The notes: generated by a model from the sequence alone, not told the origin. DNA of 63,829 nucleotides, filler included, from Pirum gemmata (GCA_002812295.1; 10 parts of 10 records of this genome joined end to end with filler, not necessarily neighbours in it); one strand, 5' to 3'; shown: positions 34,900-48,687, counted from the whole stretch's first letter. Program-made: numbers and translations.

Positions 34900-36430
34900 A
34901 CCAACAACAACACCAACAACAACACCAACAATAGAAGAAACAATAATAATAATAAACAAAATGAAACGAAAAAAAGCCCCTGGGTATGATGGCATACCTA
35001 TTGAGAGATATTTATATTTGGGATGAACTAAAAGAATACATCAACGACATAATAATAAACATCTGCAATGGCGACAAACCACCCCAATCATTTTATATAG
35101 GGATAACATTACCAATATTTAAAAAGAATGATAGATCAAATTTTAAAAACTATAGACCAATAACTTTAATGAATACCGATTATAAAATCATTGCAGCTAA
35201 AATAGCAGATAAACTACGCAAAGTAATGCCCCACATCATAAGCTCAGGCCAAACATGTGGGGAAGCAGGAAGAAATATAAATGATACAATATAAATTATA
35301 TCTTTTATTGAAACCCAACTTTTTTACGATGAGATCAATAACCCCAACAGTATAATATTATTAAATTACTGACATGGAAAAAGAGCTCGACAGAGCAAGA
35401 TGGTCATTATTATATAACATTCTAGAATGCTTTGGATTCGAAGAATAATTTATAATAATAATCGAAAATATATAATGAAAACTCCATAGTACACATCAAA
35501 ATTAATGGCTTCTATTCAGCACCTATAATAACAACAAGAAGTATAAGACAAGGATGTCCAATGTCAACATAATATCTGTTTGAGTTATAATCCAATTTGT
35601 TACAAAAAAATATCCTCCTACATATTATGCAGATGATTTAAACATCTTCGGCAACAATGAAATAGTCATCTTAATTAACAGTAATCAACACAATAACAAG
35701 TTTTGGCGAAAACATTGGTGGTTACAAATTAAACAAAGATAAAACGAAACTAATGTACTTCCAAAAAATATCAACTTTATTAGAAGAAAACGGCATGCTA
35801 AAGAATAACCAAAATTATTTATAAATTAGAAACAATGGAAAGGGGTTTTCACAGGAAACTCCCCAGCAAGTCAAGAAGAAAACTGCAAAAAACTAGAAAG
35901 GAAACCAATGAATGTAATAGAGAAACAACAAAAAAAATAAATCTAGCCAACACTTTAAAATGATAGCAAAATCTCAATACTCCATGGCTAACACCTTCAT
36001 ACCAGATAAGTTACTTCAACCAGTTCTTCAACCCCTACAACAAAAAATCACAATTTTTTTTTACAAATAACCAATTTACACAAGACAATATCAAAGCACC
36101 CAAAAACAAAGGAGGTATCAACATGATCAGTCTCATAACAAGGAGAAATGCCAACCTTATTAAAAAATATCGACACATTTTCACCTGCAATACATCACAT
36201 AACTACACAGTCTCTTGCTGATCAACTTCCCTCCTAAATAATTACAACACACTAACAAACCAACACTAATTGCTAATCATAGACTATAATTATATTATGG
36301 TGCTATTATGAAAAGTACAACAAATCAAAACCAAACGACTATCAAATTATTAACCTATACCAAAGTATTATGAAGCAAATCACCAAATTAGAAATGCAAT
36401 CAATCATAGTCTAAAACTGTAACTTGTATA
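34900..36430 (+). pseudogene. Decayed non-LTR retrotransposon ORF2 reverse transcriptase (L1/Tx1-like)
   Basis: Motifs in order across frameshifts: KAPGYDGIP, KNYRPITLMNTDYKI, QTCG..GRNI.D, DMEK..DR, SIRQGCPMS, YYADDL, GYKLNKDKT, PKNKGGI. Confidence 0.92.
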
Positions 36431-37615
36431 ACCTACTATCAATGTCTATCATATAGATAAAAAATAACGAACGATTATATATGATTATATGATATACACT
36501 TTATATAATAATACTATCATATACTATCATAACTCTATCATACATTCATAATAATGTAAAATAGTACTAGTTGTAAAATGTTGTAAAATAGTTGTAAAAT
36601 AGCTTGTAAAATGCAGAAAAATAGCTAGAAAAATAAGTGAAAAATACTAGAAAAATGTTTCAGAGAAAAATGTGATTATTTTCGAAAACTAAATTTAGAA
36701 ATTATTATTGTGAATTTGTGAGCACAAATTGCACAGCCGAGCTCGATTTCATCATACCGAACTCTTTTTTTAGACCGAACTGTTTTTTCTAAAGGCCGAA
36801 CTCTTTTGGTTCCTCTTTTTTAGACTCTGTTCTATAAAACTTCTATTTGCACAATTTTCCTTTTCTCTAGTCGCTACGATAGCTACTAAGCTAGCTAGCT
36901 AGCTAGTAGCTAGCTAGAAGTAGTATCACGATAATAGTAATAGACTATATAATAGTCTGTCTTACTACCTCTTATCACTCTCTTATCGTATCGATACTCT
37001 ATGATACTATCTGATGCTACACTTAGGCTTTTAGTCTGTAATCGCCTCGTCTGAAGAAAACCTCAAAGCAAAAACTTTTATCATGATAGCAACCTCAACA
37101 ACCTTTGGGATATATCGATGAAGGAGAAAAGGTAATCAAAAACAGGAGAATCAATACAAAAAGACGTGTGACTAACCCAAAGAAAACCAACAAGACAGTG
37201 GACATCGAAAAAACAACGGTACAAACCTTTTCAATGACAATTGACAATGCTACTATTTTAAAAGCTTCTATTAATAGTAGCTATTATACTATTTAAAGTA
37301 ATTTTAATCACAAAAATTTCATTTTGGCGAACTTTTGGTACCAGACAGTTACCAGAGCCTTCAATTAGTAAAATGACGTCATCTCATCCCTCCTATGTGA
37401 ACCCATGAACCCTATAAATAAATGAATATTTACTATAGTGGTATGTAAGTTATGTAACAGCTTATATAACTAGACTATGATATCATAGAAACTATGATAG
37501 ATAGAGGCAGTATAGAAGGCCTAGCTAGTATAGTATAGAGGCCTATATTTTTTTTTTCAATATTTTATGATAGATAGACCTAGATCGATAAAAAAAACAA
37601 CCAAGCCGGATAAAA

Positions 37616-37780
37616 CTGTAAAAATCATTTTTTTTTAGACTTCTTTTCTAAATCTATTAAATAGCCAAATTATTTTTAAAAACTAGTTATTGGTTTATAA
37701 TAGAGTTTTTTAGTTAGAAAATTTCTTAAAATTTGGTAATACACTGGTAGTACTTTCATTTTAAATTGGATCATTTTAAG
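37616..37780. repeat. Dispersed repeat family H (also 58756-58922 and ~44108-44232 minus)
   Basis: GACTTCTTTTCTAAA...TAGCCAAATTAT...TTATTGGTT...TTTGGTA.GTACTTT...AAATTGGATC shared by three loci. Confidence 0.75.
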
Positions 37781-38131
37781 ATAGCAGTCAAAAAACAAAA
37801 AACAAAAAAAATTAAAAAAAAAAAATTCTGTCTATGTGAGTTCGAAAATATCCAAATATTTCAAAAATCTTTCAGAATACTTTTAGATTATGTATGGATT
37901 ATGTTACTATTTAAATAATATGTTAATTTTTTTTTGAAAAAGGTAAAATATTCTACCCATATTATACTTGTTCTTTTTGATTTATGGAATTTTGGTTGAT
38001 AAATAAGGAATTTATTTTACCCATGTTAAAGCTAGCTAATAGCTACTAGCTAGCTAGTAGACTAGTACTAGCTAGTCTATTATATCATAATAATTATTAT
38101 GATAGTTAGTTTTCTCTATGATAGCTAGCTA

Positions 38132-38380
38132 GGGAGCGTTCAATAATTACGTACCGCTGGGGGTAAGTAGGGGGGGGTCGGATTTNNNNNNNNNNNNNNN
38201 NNNNNNNNNNNNNNNNNNNNNNNNNNNNNNNNNNNNNNNNNNNNNNNNNNNNNNNNNNTTTTACAAATCGTTACGTCATAAGGGGTAGGTAGTCCTTCTT
38301 AAATGTGACAGGCCGTTACACGGGGGTAGTAGGGTGGTTTTTGTCCAAAATCGGCGTTACGTAATTATTGAACGCTCCCC
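38132..38380. mobile_element. PIF/Harbinger MITE, family C-related TIRs with a different interior (spans an N gap)
   Basis: GGGAGCGTTCAATAATTACGTA ... TACGTAATTATTGAACGCTCCC. Confidence 0.85.
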
Positions 38381-38573
38381 TAGTAGTAGTAGTACTGTAA
38401 AAATAATTTTTTAATAATATAGATCAGTATATCTACTAGTAGTAGCTAGCTAGTCTATAGACTAAAACTCTAAAAACTCAAAAAAGAAAAAAAACTCAAA
38501 AAAAACTTGAAAAAACTCAAAAAAAAAAAAAAAAAAAAAAAAAAACAAAAAAAAAAAAAAATAAAAAAAAAAA

Positions 38574-38673
38574 NNNNNNNNNNNNNNNNNNNNNNNNNNN
38601 NNNNNNNNNNNNNNNNNTTAATTAATTAANNNNNNNNNNNNNNNNNNNNNNNNNNNNNNNNNNNNNNNNNNNN
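38574..38673. other. Artificial scaffold linker
   Basis: 44N-TTAATTAATTAA-44N. Confidence 0.97.
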
Positions 38674-39639
38674 TTTTTTTTTTTTTTTTTTTTTTTCAAT
38701 TATTTTGATGAAAAAAAAATTGAGTGTTGCAGCAGCAGCAGTATGTTGAAGGATTGGAGGGCTAGGATTGGAGGGTTGAGTTTTTTATTTTAAAAGACTA
38801 ACTGACTAGCTATATGATAGTAGCTATCACTTTTTAAATATCAGCAATAGCTCTAGATCGATATCATAGCTAGCTAGCTAGCTAGCTAGGTAGGACTAGC
38901 TACTAGTAGCTTAGTTAGCTATCATAGCTAGCTAGATATCGATAGCTACCACTGGCTAGCTAGCTAGCTAGCTACTACTACTAGCTAGTAGAACTCTAGT
39001 AGCTACAGCCAGCTCAGTCAGCTCTAACTAGGAGCACTAGCTAGCTAGTAGCTACTACTAGCTAGACGGGCTACCACGATAGGCTAGCTAGTAGTAGTAC
39101 TAGCAGTTCTACTAGCTAGCTAGCTAGTCTCTGGCTACTAGTATTCATAGTAGAACTATCGATACTAGCTATCAATAGCTATGTACTATCAAGAACTGCT
39201 ATCAGATATCAATGATAGTAGTAGTAGCTACTAGCTAGCTACTATGATAGTATCGATAGCTATCTAGCTAGCCATACCACTAGCTAGTAGTAGCTAGCAA
39301 GCTAGAGAGGCGAACCAGGATTCGGGCGGCCTCTAATAATCTACTAATTGAATTAGTGGGTGACGACATTATGACGTAACTTTACCAACTATGTTACTAG
39401 TGATTTAAAATGCAGTAATAATATTACTTTAAACCGCAGACTCACATTCACTAGTGAATATGCTGAAATTAAAAGCCCGGGGTATTTAGTGGAAACAACG
39501 TATACATTGCAATTGCATATATGATATGACCGTATCGTATCTGATAAAAGAGGCCTGATAAAAGTATTAAAAAAGTCAGAAAGCACGTGATATTTGCTGC
39601 TACTAGTAGCTAGCTACTAGCTAGTTACTAGCTAGTATG

Positions 39640-39697
39640 CTACTACTACTACTACTACTACTACTATCTGATACTACTACTACTACTACTACACCAC

Positions 39698-39778
<81 letters not shown>

Positions 39779-39795
39779 TACTTCTACTACTACTG

Positions 39796-39842
<47 letters not shown>

Positions 39843-40195
39843 GCTGCTGCTGCTACTACTTCTACTACTACTACTACTCCTATTAGTATTACTACTTATT
39901 ACTACTACTTATTATTATTATTAAAATACTACTACAACTAGTAGTACTACTACTATTACTATTAAAATACTACTACAACTAGTAGTAGTACTACTATTAC
40001 TATTAAAATACTACTACTACTACTACTACTGCTACTGCTACTACTGCTACTACTGCTACTACTGCTGCTGCTAATACTACTATTGATACTACTATTAATA
40101 CCACCACTACTACTACCACCACTACTAACAATAATAATTAATAATAATAATATTAATAATATTAATAATAATATAATAATAATACTAATGGTAGT

Positions 40196-40240
<45 letters not shown>

Positions 40241-40370
40241 ACTACTACTACTACTACTACTACTATTTTAATACTACTAGTACTAGTACCAGTACTACTA
40301 GTACTACTAGTACTAGTACTAGTACTAGTACTAGTACTAGTACTGCTGCTGCTGCTACTGCTTCTACTAT
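39640..40370. repeat. (TAC)n/(TAA)n/(TAGTAC)n low-complexity tract
   Basis: Direct reading. Confidence 0.9.
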
Positions 40371-40684
40371 TGCTGTGTGACTTTCGGCAGTAGTAGAGTG
40401 GTCGGTGACGTCAGTTTACTCCGGGAGTGGAGATATTAGCAATATCATAGTAAAAAAGCAAAGGAAAAATAAAATATTTAAATTTTTATGAGCTGATCCA
40501 AGGAGTTCAAGAAAATTTTCTTGAACTCCCTTGGCGGATCAGGCCTTTTGCCTGCAGCCCAAAACACGTATGATATATGATACGATATATTATATATATA
40601 GACGTTAATTAGAATAATATAAATAATCGTAATTATATTTATTATTGTTATTATACATATAATATATATAATTTATTTTTATTT

Positions 40685-43600
40685 TTTATTTTTTGATTGT
40701 TCTTGCTTCCATTCTGATGATCTAATTGTTATAATTGGTCTCAGATAATTTTGTTTATCCGTTAGTGACAAGCTTTTCCATTGACATCGGATTTTCTTTG
40801 ACCGCTTGTGCTGCTTGCTCTTGAACGTTTTTCATGGTCAAATTGATATAGGTCGTTGTAAACTTGTAGTCCCTTAGTTAGACAAAGTTAGTACCGGTTA
40901 CTAAAGTGTTTCAAATTACCGTGTAAATTTGAAAGAAAAAGAAACTTTAAGAAAGTTTGTATATAGTCCAGTTACTATATTTGTACGTCTCCAATAGTCT
41001 CCGTTGGTAGCGCTTTGGACTCTTAATTTAATCTGTGTAAATTCCACTTTCTAAAGTCAGTATTTGGGCTTTAGCTTTTACAACAAAGTTAATATTCTTC
41101 CAAAGGTGGCCGGGGGCGTCTCCTTCGTTCCTTTTTCTAGATAATCTTACTAGAAAAAACATATCATCGATATCATTAATGTTATTAACTAGGCTATCCC
41201 AAATCCAGTCTTTCATATATTGGTCCCTAGGGTCGTTTACATTGGCGTTAGGGACGGGAAGGCGGCCTGGGGTCGTCTTCTTCGTTCTTTTTTCTAGACA
41301 ATCTTACTAGAAAAAACATATCATCAAATATGAAAGACTGCCTTACCGTCCCTAATGCCAATGTAAGCGGAACGAATCTATGAAAGCTTTGGGATAATCT
41401 TGTTAATTAACAACGTTAAGATTAAGGATGATATGTTTTTTCTAGTAAGATTGTCTAGAAAAAAGAACGAAGGAGACGAACCCGGCCACCTTTGGAAGAA
41501 TATAAACACTTTGTTGTAAAAGCTAAAGCCCAAATACTGACCTTAGAAAGTGAAATTTACACAATTGCTTATTAATACTACTAAACTTACTACTACTACT
41601 ACTACTACTACTACTATTACTACTACAACGTTAATGAATGATGAACACAAACAACACAAAAATTCATTGCTCGTCCCAAGACTGTACCCTAACGATAAAA
41701 TATACAATTACTATAGAGTACAACTATACAACTTAAGTTTACTCGAATATTTTTTTTTGATGTCTATAACATACATGGTCCAGTTACAATAATTCCTTGT
41801 TCAGATATTATGCATCGTTTAAAACCCCAGCAGGACTACACGCAAACAACTGCCATACATGTAGTGTAAGGGTGATCAATACTTTTGAACATTCAAAGGT
41901 ATTAAACACAAAATCTGGTTGGTTAATATGTCCTTTTAGCTTTTTACCCTTCAGCTTCATCGGAGAGTTTTACGATTTTGCTGAGGATTATATTGAATCA
42001 AATTTTGATCCAGAAGAAAAGAAAACTTTTATTACTTAAGTTTTATCATACTATAATGTATGGTAGTTTTTACGATCTTGAAGATGAAGAAAATTACATA
42101 GATAAAGATAATAAAAAAAAAATCGATACAAAATTACCAATTACACCAGAAAGCAAGGTTATTATTATATTATTATAGTATTATAATAATAAGGGAGTGG
42201 AGAAGTGACCAAAAAAAAAAGAAAAGAAAAGAAAAAAAAAAATAACCTTCTAGATCAACAATGTCCAAATCTTCATGATCAACATCATCGTCAGTGGATT
42301 CGACTACCTCCTCCTCATGATCTTCAGACACAACCTCATCATTATGCATGGCTTCGTCTTCATCGTCTGTAGTTTGAGCCTGGGTCTCCAGAGTTTCTTC
42401 GTCTACGCTAGTGTTAGGGGTTTCGTCTTCATCGGGTGTGTGTTTGTTTTTTATTTTTCAAGAAGATTTTATAAAACAAGTTTGTTGAAGTATTTTTATT
42501 TCTCATGAATCATGATGGTACCGATAACGTATAATGCTTGGACTTGAGTTTTAGCGACCTGAGCCACAAAAACGATTTGAAATAAGGCCGAATGACGTCC
42601 CGCAATCAAGGCACAAAGGCACACAATAAATGTTTAAAAGATTTTTGAAAAACGTCAGATGAGCACTTGACAAATGAAGGTATAAATTTAAAAAGAAGAT
42701 GTGAAGTTATAATCAAGTTGTTATCAAGTACAAACCACAGCAAAATAAAAGATCTTCGATTGAAAAAAAATATTAGTCATCAAGACTTTTATAAATTACG
42801 TACATTAAAAAAGCTGGGTTAAACCAGTTGCCTTGCATTTCCTTATCCTTTTTCCAATATTCAAGAAAATATTGAGGGAAGTCGCTTATAAAGTCTTGCT
42901 GACTAATATAAATAAAAAGATCTTCGATTGAAAAAAGAATATTAGTCAGCATTACATACCACTACAATCTTGTTCACATTCTTATATACTTTGATTATAT
43001 ATTCATAAAATACATTTTTACAACGTTAACCTGTTGAATGTCGAGGGTGGGGATGTTCAGCTTTTTTACCACAATTCACATAGTGATAAACTCTTATATT
43101 CTGAAATTTACCTTTCAAATACACTTCGGATTCACCATGCTTTAAATTGTCGTCTTTATAAAAAACTTAAAGAATGTCTACTGGATTTTCTAAGGCGGCT
43201 ATACATTTGGATAATGTCAATGTCGATTGTTCTCCGGCAAATAGAGATAAAATTTTCAAGTTTAATTAAGACGACAATTACAGATATAGTTTTTTTTGAC
43301 TGAAAGAGAAAACTTAAAAAATGCAATGATGATTTTAAAAACAAAACTATTAGAGGTAGGTATTTTGGAAAAAAGATTTTAATAGTATTTTAATAGTGAA
43401 GATTTTGGAGATGCGGATATATATAGAGATAAGATTTTAATTTTACCAAACCCTGACGGAAATGAAAAGTGGTATTATCGTGTTACGGCTGTATTTACGA
43501 AGCAAAATAATAGGTGGTACTTGCAAGCGAAGGGCATCAACTCAAGAAAGGTAAAGGATAATTACGTTGTTTCTACACACAAATTAAATGAAAACTACCA

Positions 43601-43778
43601 CATAAGTAATGCTTGCGACCGCTTTGATACAGATCCACACTATATTTATCGCATGATAAGAGTTGGGAAATGGAAAGTAAAAAGCAATGAACAAAAAAAG
43701 CATCTGTTTCAAAATTTAACTGACAAAATACATACAGCAAAGTACTCTGAAAGAGGTCAAAATGATATTCGCTGGTAA
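40685..43778. pseudogene. Cluster of decayed, intronless ORFs of unknown origin (possible endogenous viral or large-transposon relic)
   Basis: Protein-like reading frames broken by scattered stops on both strands: ~41262-40685 minus, ~41640-42170 plus, acidic 42250-42450 minus, ~42505-43778 plus. No recognisable family. Confidence 0.5.
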
Positions 43779-44443
43779 CAAAAAAAAAATACTAAAAATC
43801 AATATAGTAATAATATGGTAATAACATGGTATTATAATTTATCCGTTATTTTGTTCTATAGTGTAATGTAGGTGTAATGTAGGTGTAATGTAATATTTGT
43901 AATATATCTATTTTACAGATTTTGCATTTTGCAATGACAAATTCGGATGCTGTAGGGGGGGGATAAATGTAGTTCAAATGTTTGTATAAATAACAAACTT
44001 ATAATAATAGTATCGATCTATAGTAATAATCTTTAGTTATGATAGAAGTTGTTTTAGTCTAGACCTAATATAATAAAGTCGAAAGAGCTCAAGAGTCAAG
44101 AATCAAGATCCAATTTTAATAGTATTTTAAGGTAATAATGAAAAGTACTACCAAAATCTGAGAAATCGTCTAACTCTAAACCAATAATAATTTGGCTAGC
44201 TAGTTTTTAGAAAAGAAGTCTATCATTTTTTTAAAAAAAATTGATAAAGAGTTATAATATATATATTTTTTTATATATAGCGGGGTGTCCCTCCGGTAGC
44301 GACTGGATCTAGCACCCTTTCTTTTTGTTTCGACATTAAAATCTAGCTCGGCTGAAATAGACAACTAACTCAACTAACTAGACTAATATGAGCTGACCAG
44401 GCCTTTTACTAGAGGCCTTTTATACCTGGAGTAGCCCAAAATA

Positions 44444-44474
<31 letters not shown>

Positions 44475-44644
44475 CAGTTACTTATGATACTACGTACTGT
44501 ACTACTAGTTTTTATACCACTTCTGGACACACAGCTAATGTTAAACGACAACTTTGACAACATTCACTCAAAATTCCAATAAGAAATTTCATAGTTGAAA
44601 CAAACAAACAAACAAACAAACAAACAAACAAAAAACATACCATA

Positions 44645-44682
<38 letters not shown>

Positions 44683-44993
44683 AAACAAAAAAAAAAAAAA
44701 AAAAAAAAAATGGATACCGAAAAAGTGCAAACTTTTGCTGATATTGAGCAATGGAAAAAGTCTGTCGCTTACAAGAAGGTTAGTTGTTTTAAAGATTTGT
44801 CAATTTAACTATTATACACGTTAACTATGGTAGCCGTTTCCTTTAATTTTGTTGCAATATTTAGTAAGGAAGTTAAGGGCCAGGGTTAGAGTAAGCGTAT
44901 GCTAGAGATTTTATGTAGTTTATGTGTGTTCGGTGTGTTTATTTGCGTATATATATGTTTGTTGTGTGTAGGTAGGCTTTTCGGCAATTTCTT

Positions 44994-45093
44994 NNNNNNN
45001 NNNNNNNNNNNNNNNNNNNNNNNNNNNNNNNNNNNNNTTAATTAATTAANNNNNNNNNNNNNNNNNNNNNNNNNNNNNNNNNNNNNNNNNNNN
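44994..45093. other. Artificial scaffold linker
   Basis: 44N-TTAATTAATTAA-44N. Confidence 0.97.
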
Positions 45094-46387
45094 GTTCTTG
45101 TTCTTGTTCTTGTTGTTCTTGTTGTTCTTGTTGTTCTTGTTGTCCTTGTTGTTTTTGTTGTTCTTGTTCTTGTTACCGATATTGCATAAAAGATTATTAT
45201 ACTATTATTATCAATATTACCATTGCTTGTAGACTGCTTGTAGACTACTACTATCATACTATCATAGCTAGTTAGCTAGCTAGCTAGGGTAGACCTTCTA
45301 TCTGATAGCCACTAACTAGAGAAGGCATCTAAATTTTTTTACTAGAAAAAGGGGATAATATAATTATACCCTATTTCCCAAGATTTACTTTAGTCTACCA
45401 GAAAACCGAGACTACACTTAGACTACCCTATGAAAAAAATGTTTTTTTTTTCTTTTTCAATGAACTCAGTTCAGTCTTCCCATAGCTCTTCCCATATACC
45501 ATTACCAGTCATTATTTTAGTATCATAATTTATTACCCCTGAGCCCTGACAGTCCTGACCTCACACAAAATCATGACGTTTTTTTTGGCGGTTTTCTTGT
45601 CAAAAAAACAACTAAAAAACACCAGAGCTGTCAGAGTCTACAATCTCTACATTATGAATTTATGATCTGGCTAGTATGATCTGGATGATTTGACCAATGA
45701 AAATTGATAAATTGGACAACATTTTTTGCTGACAAGGAGGACAAGGAGCGCCAATTTTATACTATTAAATTTTATAGTAATTATTTCATAGCTAATTTTA
45801 AAATCCAATTTAATAAACTCGAAATTTTGTACTCAAATTATTTTCAAATTTTGTTTTGTTTTAAAATTCAATTGAAAGTCATTATTAAACATTTAAATTT
45901 TATTGGATATATTTAATTAGCTCAACAAGACCTTTCTAAAAGTTTCTATAGATATCAGGAACACTAAAACACTATATTGGACAAAAAACCGGAAACCTTT
46001 ATAATATTTATACATAGACCAAGGACTTCATTTTTTTTTGAAGTCCTTGAATAGACCTAAAAAAGGTCTAAAAAACTGCTAGTAGTAGGGTCAGTATTTC
46101 TTTCTAAGTAGGCTCTTTTTCGAGTATTACTTTCTCGATGCTCTAAAAAGTTCCTGTATCATAATATAAGAAAAGGAGGAGCAGTATGTTACAGTTACAT
46201 AGTTGAATTAAAGTTGTGATTTGTTGATTTGTTTCATAATACTTTGGTGTAGACTAACTTTCTGACTAAGTTAATGATTTGATTGTCAGTTAGTTGTGAT
46301 TTGTTGTATTTTTCATAATATTAATTAAAGACCATAATATTACTATAATATTATTGTATTGTTCTTTTGTTGTAGAAATATTTGTTT

Positions 46388-46437
<50 letters not shown>

Positions 46438-46712
46438 CTTTTTAAAAATTTAAAAAAAAAAAAAAAGTGTTTTATAGTCGTTGTGTTGTGGATATTGATT
46501 GCATCATAGCAGCCTAGCTAGCTAGGCACTGCCAAGGAAATTAGCTATCGATAGCTAGACCCCATCAAGCTACTACTAGCTAGCTAGCTATGGATAGCTA
46601 GCTACTATGATACTAGCTAGCTAGCTAGCTATCATATCAGATATCGATATCGATAGCTAGCTAGAGTTAGTAGAACTGTTAGTAGCTAGCTTACTATCAT
46701 AGACTCATAGTA

Positions 46713-46897
46713 GGGAACATTCATAAAGAACGTCACTTATTCTTTGATAGAAGTCATTCCTCGAAAGTGTGACTTAAACTGTGTTAGGCAGTAATTAATT
46801 ATTAAAATGAACTTTAATTAAAATTATGACCAAAAGTGTTTTGAACGAAGAGGGCATAGGTAAGATTAGGTGAAGTCCTTTATTATGGATGATTCCC
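46713..46897 (+). mobile_element. PIF/Harbinger-like MITE family D (empty-site copy)
   Basis: TIR GGGAACATTCATAAAGAACGTCAC ... GTGAAGTCCTTTATTATGGATGATTCCC. The reverse copy is at 59313-59649. Confidence 0.85.
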
Positions 46898-47726
46898 TAT
46901 GATACTGCTGGCTCTTCACAATCTTCACCTACATTTTCAGGAGCCATATAAAACTAGCTAGTATACTCTAGCTAGTAGAGACTATGATACCTGTATCATA
47001 TCGATAGAGTCTAGCCAGCTATCATAGCACTCAGCACTCAGTATACTATCATATATACACTATGATATCGATAGCTAGCTAGCTAGCTAGCGCCAGACTA
47101 GAGTCTATTTTTTTTAACTCGAACAACATCCATCCGTCTATATAATATTACTCTATCAGATATTATCTGTAACAACGACATCATGGTATCATAAATTCAT
47201 AATATAATAATAACGCCATAATTCATTAGGAACAAAAGTTAAAACCCAATATTTCTACAACAAAAGAACAATATTGACTATATATTATGGATTTATTATG
47301 AAAAGTACAACAAGTTTAAAAACCCGAACGACAATCAAACCATTAACTTATACCAAAGTATTATGAAACTAATCAACAAACTACAACTTTAATTAACTAT
47401 ATAGACTATCAGTATAACTATAACTCTACTATGACTCTATGAGTCTATGATAGCTAGCTAGCTAGTAGTAGTAGTAGCTCTACTTTAGTTAGTTAGGCTT
47501 CTTACTATCGATATCAGATTTCTCTTGATAGTAGTCTATTAGCAAAAAAGAAAAAAATCATCTAATGCATTATGCATATTATGCATGGGTGGGTATTATA
47601 GCTGGTATTATGCTGCTGATTTGTACTTGATTTGTACATCCTTCTTTCGGACTTTCAAAAAAAATTCTTTTGGGGAACTGGTAGAAGTCGGTAGAGTTGA
47701 CTTAGATTGGTAGAGAGTAGCAGAGA

Positions 47727-48353
47727 CAAGGGTTGTTAAATCCGTGTCGGGTTTCGGAAATTCGGATAGCCGAACCGGTCGGATCGGGATTGGAAGGTCT
47801 TCTGGGCGGGTCGGGCGGGTTGAAGCCATTGCTTTTAAACATCCGCCCGAGTCCGACATCTTCCTTGTTTTTTATTTTATTTTATTAGTATCGTGCTTTT
47901 CATTTATTTCGTCACTCCGAATATTTATTTGGTTGTTTATAATANTTATTTGGTTGTTTATAATATTTAAATTGATACTTTTAAATAAATAATTATATAA
48001 TAAAATATACCAAATTAAATAAAACGGATTTGTTTTTTTTAATTTGGTACTTTATTGTATACTTTATGATGTCAAAACAACTGAAAAGCACTATAGTATC
48101 AACTATATCATAGTATCAGCAGCAGCCTAGCTAGCTAGTAGCTAGTAAGGTACTTTTTCTTTTTGTAACTTTAGTTTGTAAATATTACCAATAAGTATGA
48201 CCAATTATAGTAATCAAAATACTAAATACAAATCAGACGAAACCACGTGATCGGATACGGGCAGGATAAATTTTTTTCGGGAGACAAAAAAAAGACCGGA
48301 TCGGGTCGGCGGGAATTTTGGAAAAAAAAGTTCGGATTTATTAACAACCCCAG
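47727..48353 (+). mobile_element. Non-autonomous hAT deletion derivative with nested MITE A
   Basis: Left end CAAGGGTTGTTAAATCCG and right end CGGATTT(ATT)AACAACCCCAG, with TCGG-rich subterminal repeats. The right arm matches 4620-4822. Confidence 0.82.
47893..48091 (+). mobile_element. MITE family A nested in hAT derivative
   Basis: TATC-GTGCTTTTCA ... TGAAAAGCAC-TATA. Confidence 0.9.
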
Positions 48354-48687
48354 TATTAATTAAAGGTACTAGCTAGCTAGCTAGCTAGTGCCTGGTAGGA
48401 AAGAGACTAGAAGCTTAATTAGGAAAATAAAAATTAATTACCGGTAGTCAAAGCTTAGAGAGCAGAGTGAGAGTAGCTGGCTCTATCAAGTTATTAGTCT
48501 AGCTAGCTCTAGCTACTAGCTTCGACTCTCTATATCATATTTATTATGATAGTAGTCTATAGTAGTAGTTTACAACTCTTGCTTGTATCCTCGATAGACA
48601 AGTTAAGACAACTCTTGATAGACTAGAATTTGAACTGAATTTGATAAGTTAACCTATCAATAATAAATGACTCGATATAATATTATA

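Noticed and set aside
39637..40271. Poly-Leu/Ile ORFs
   Set aside because: (TAC)n/(TAA)n microsatellites.
40488..44447. Direct repeats bounding the ORF island as LTRs or att sites
   Set aside because: A third copy lies at 54866-54898 on another scaffold, and there are no TG...CA ends or TSD. More likely a dispersed repeat.
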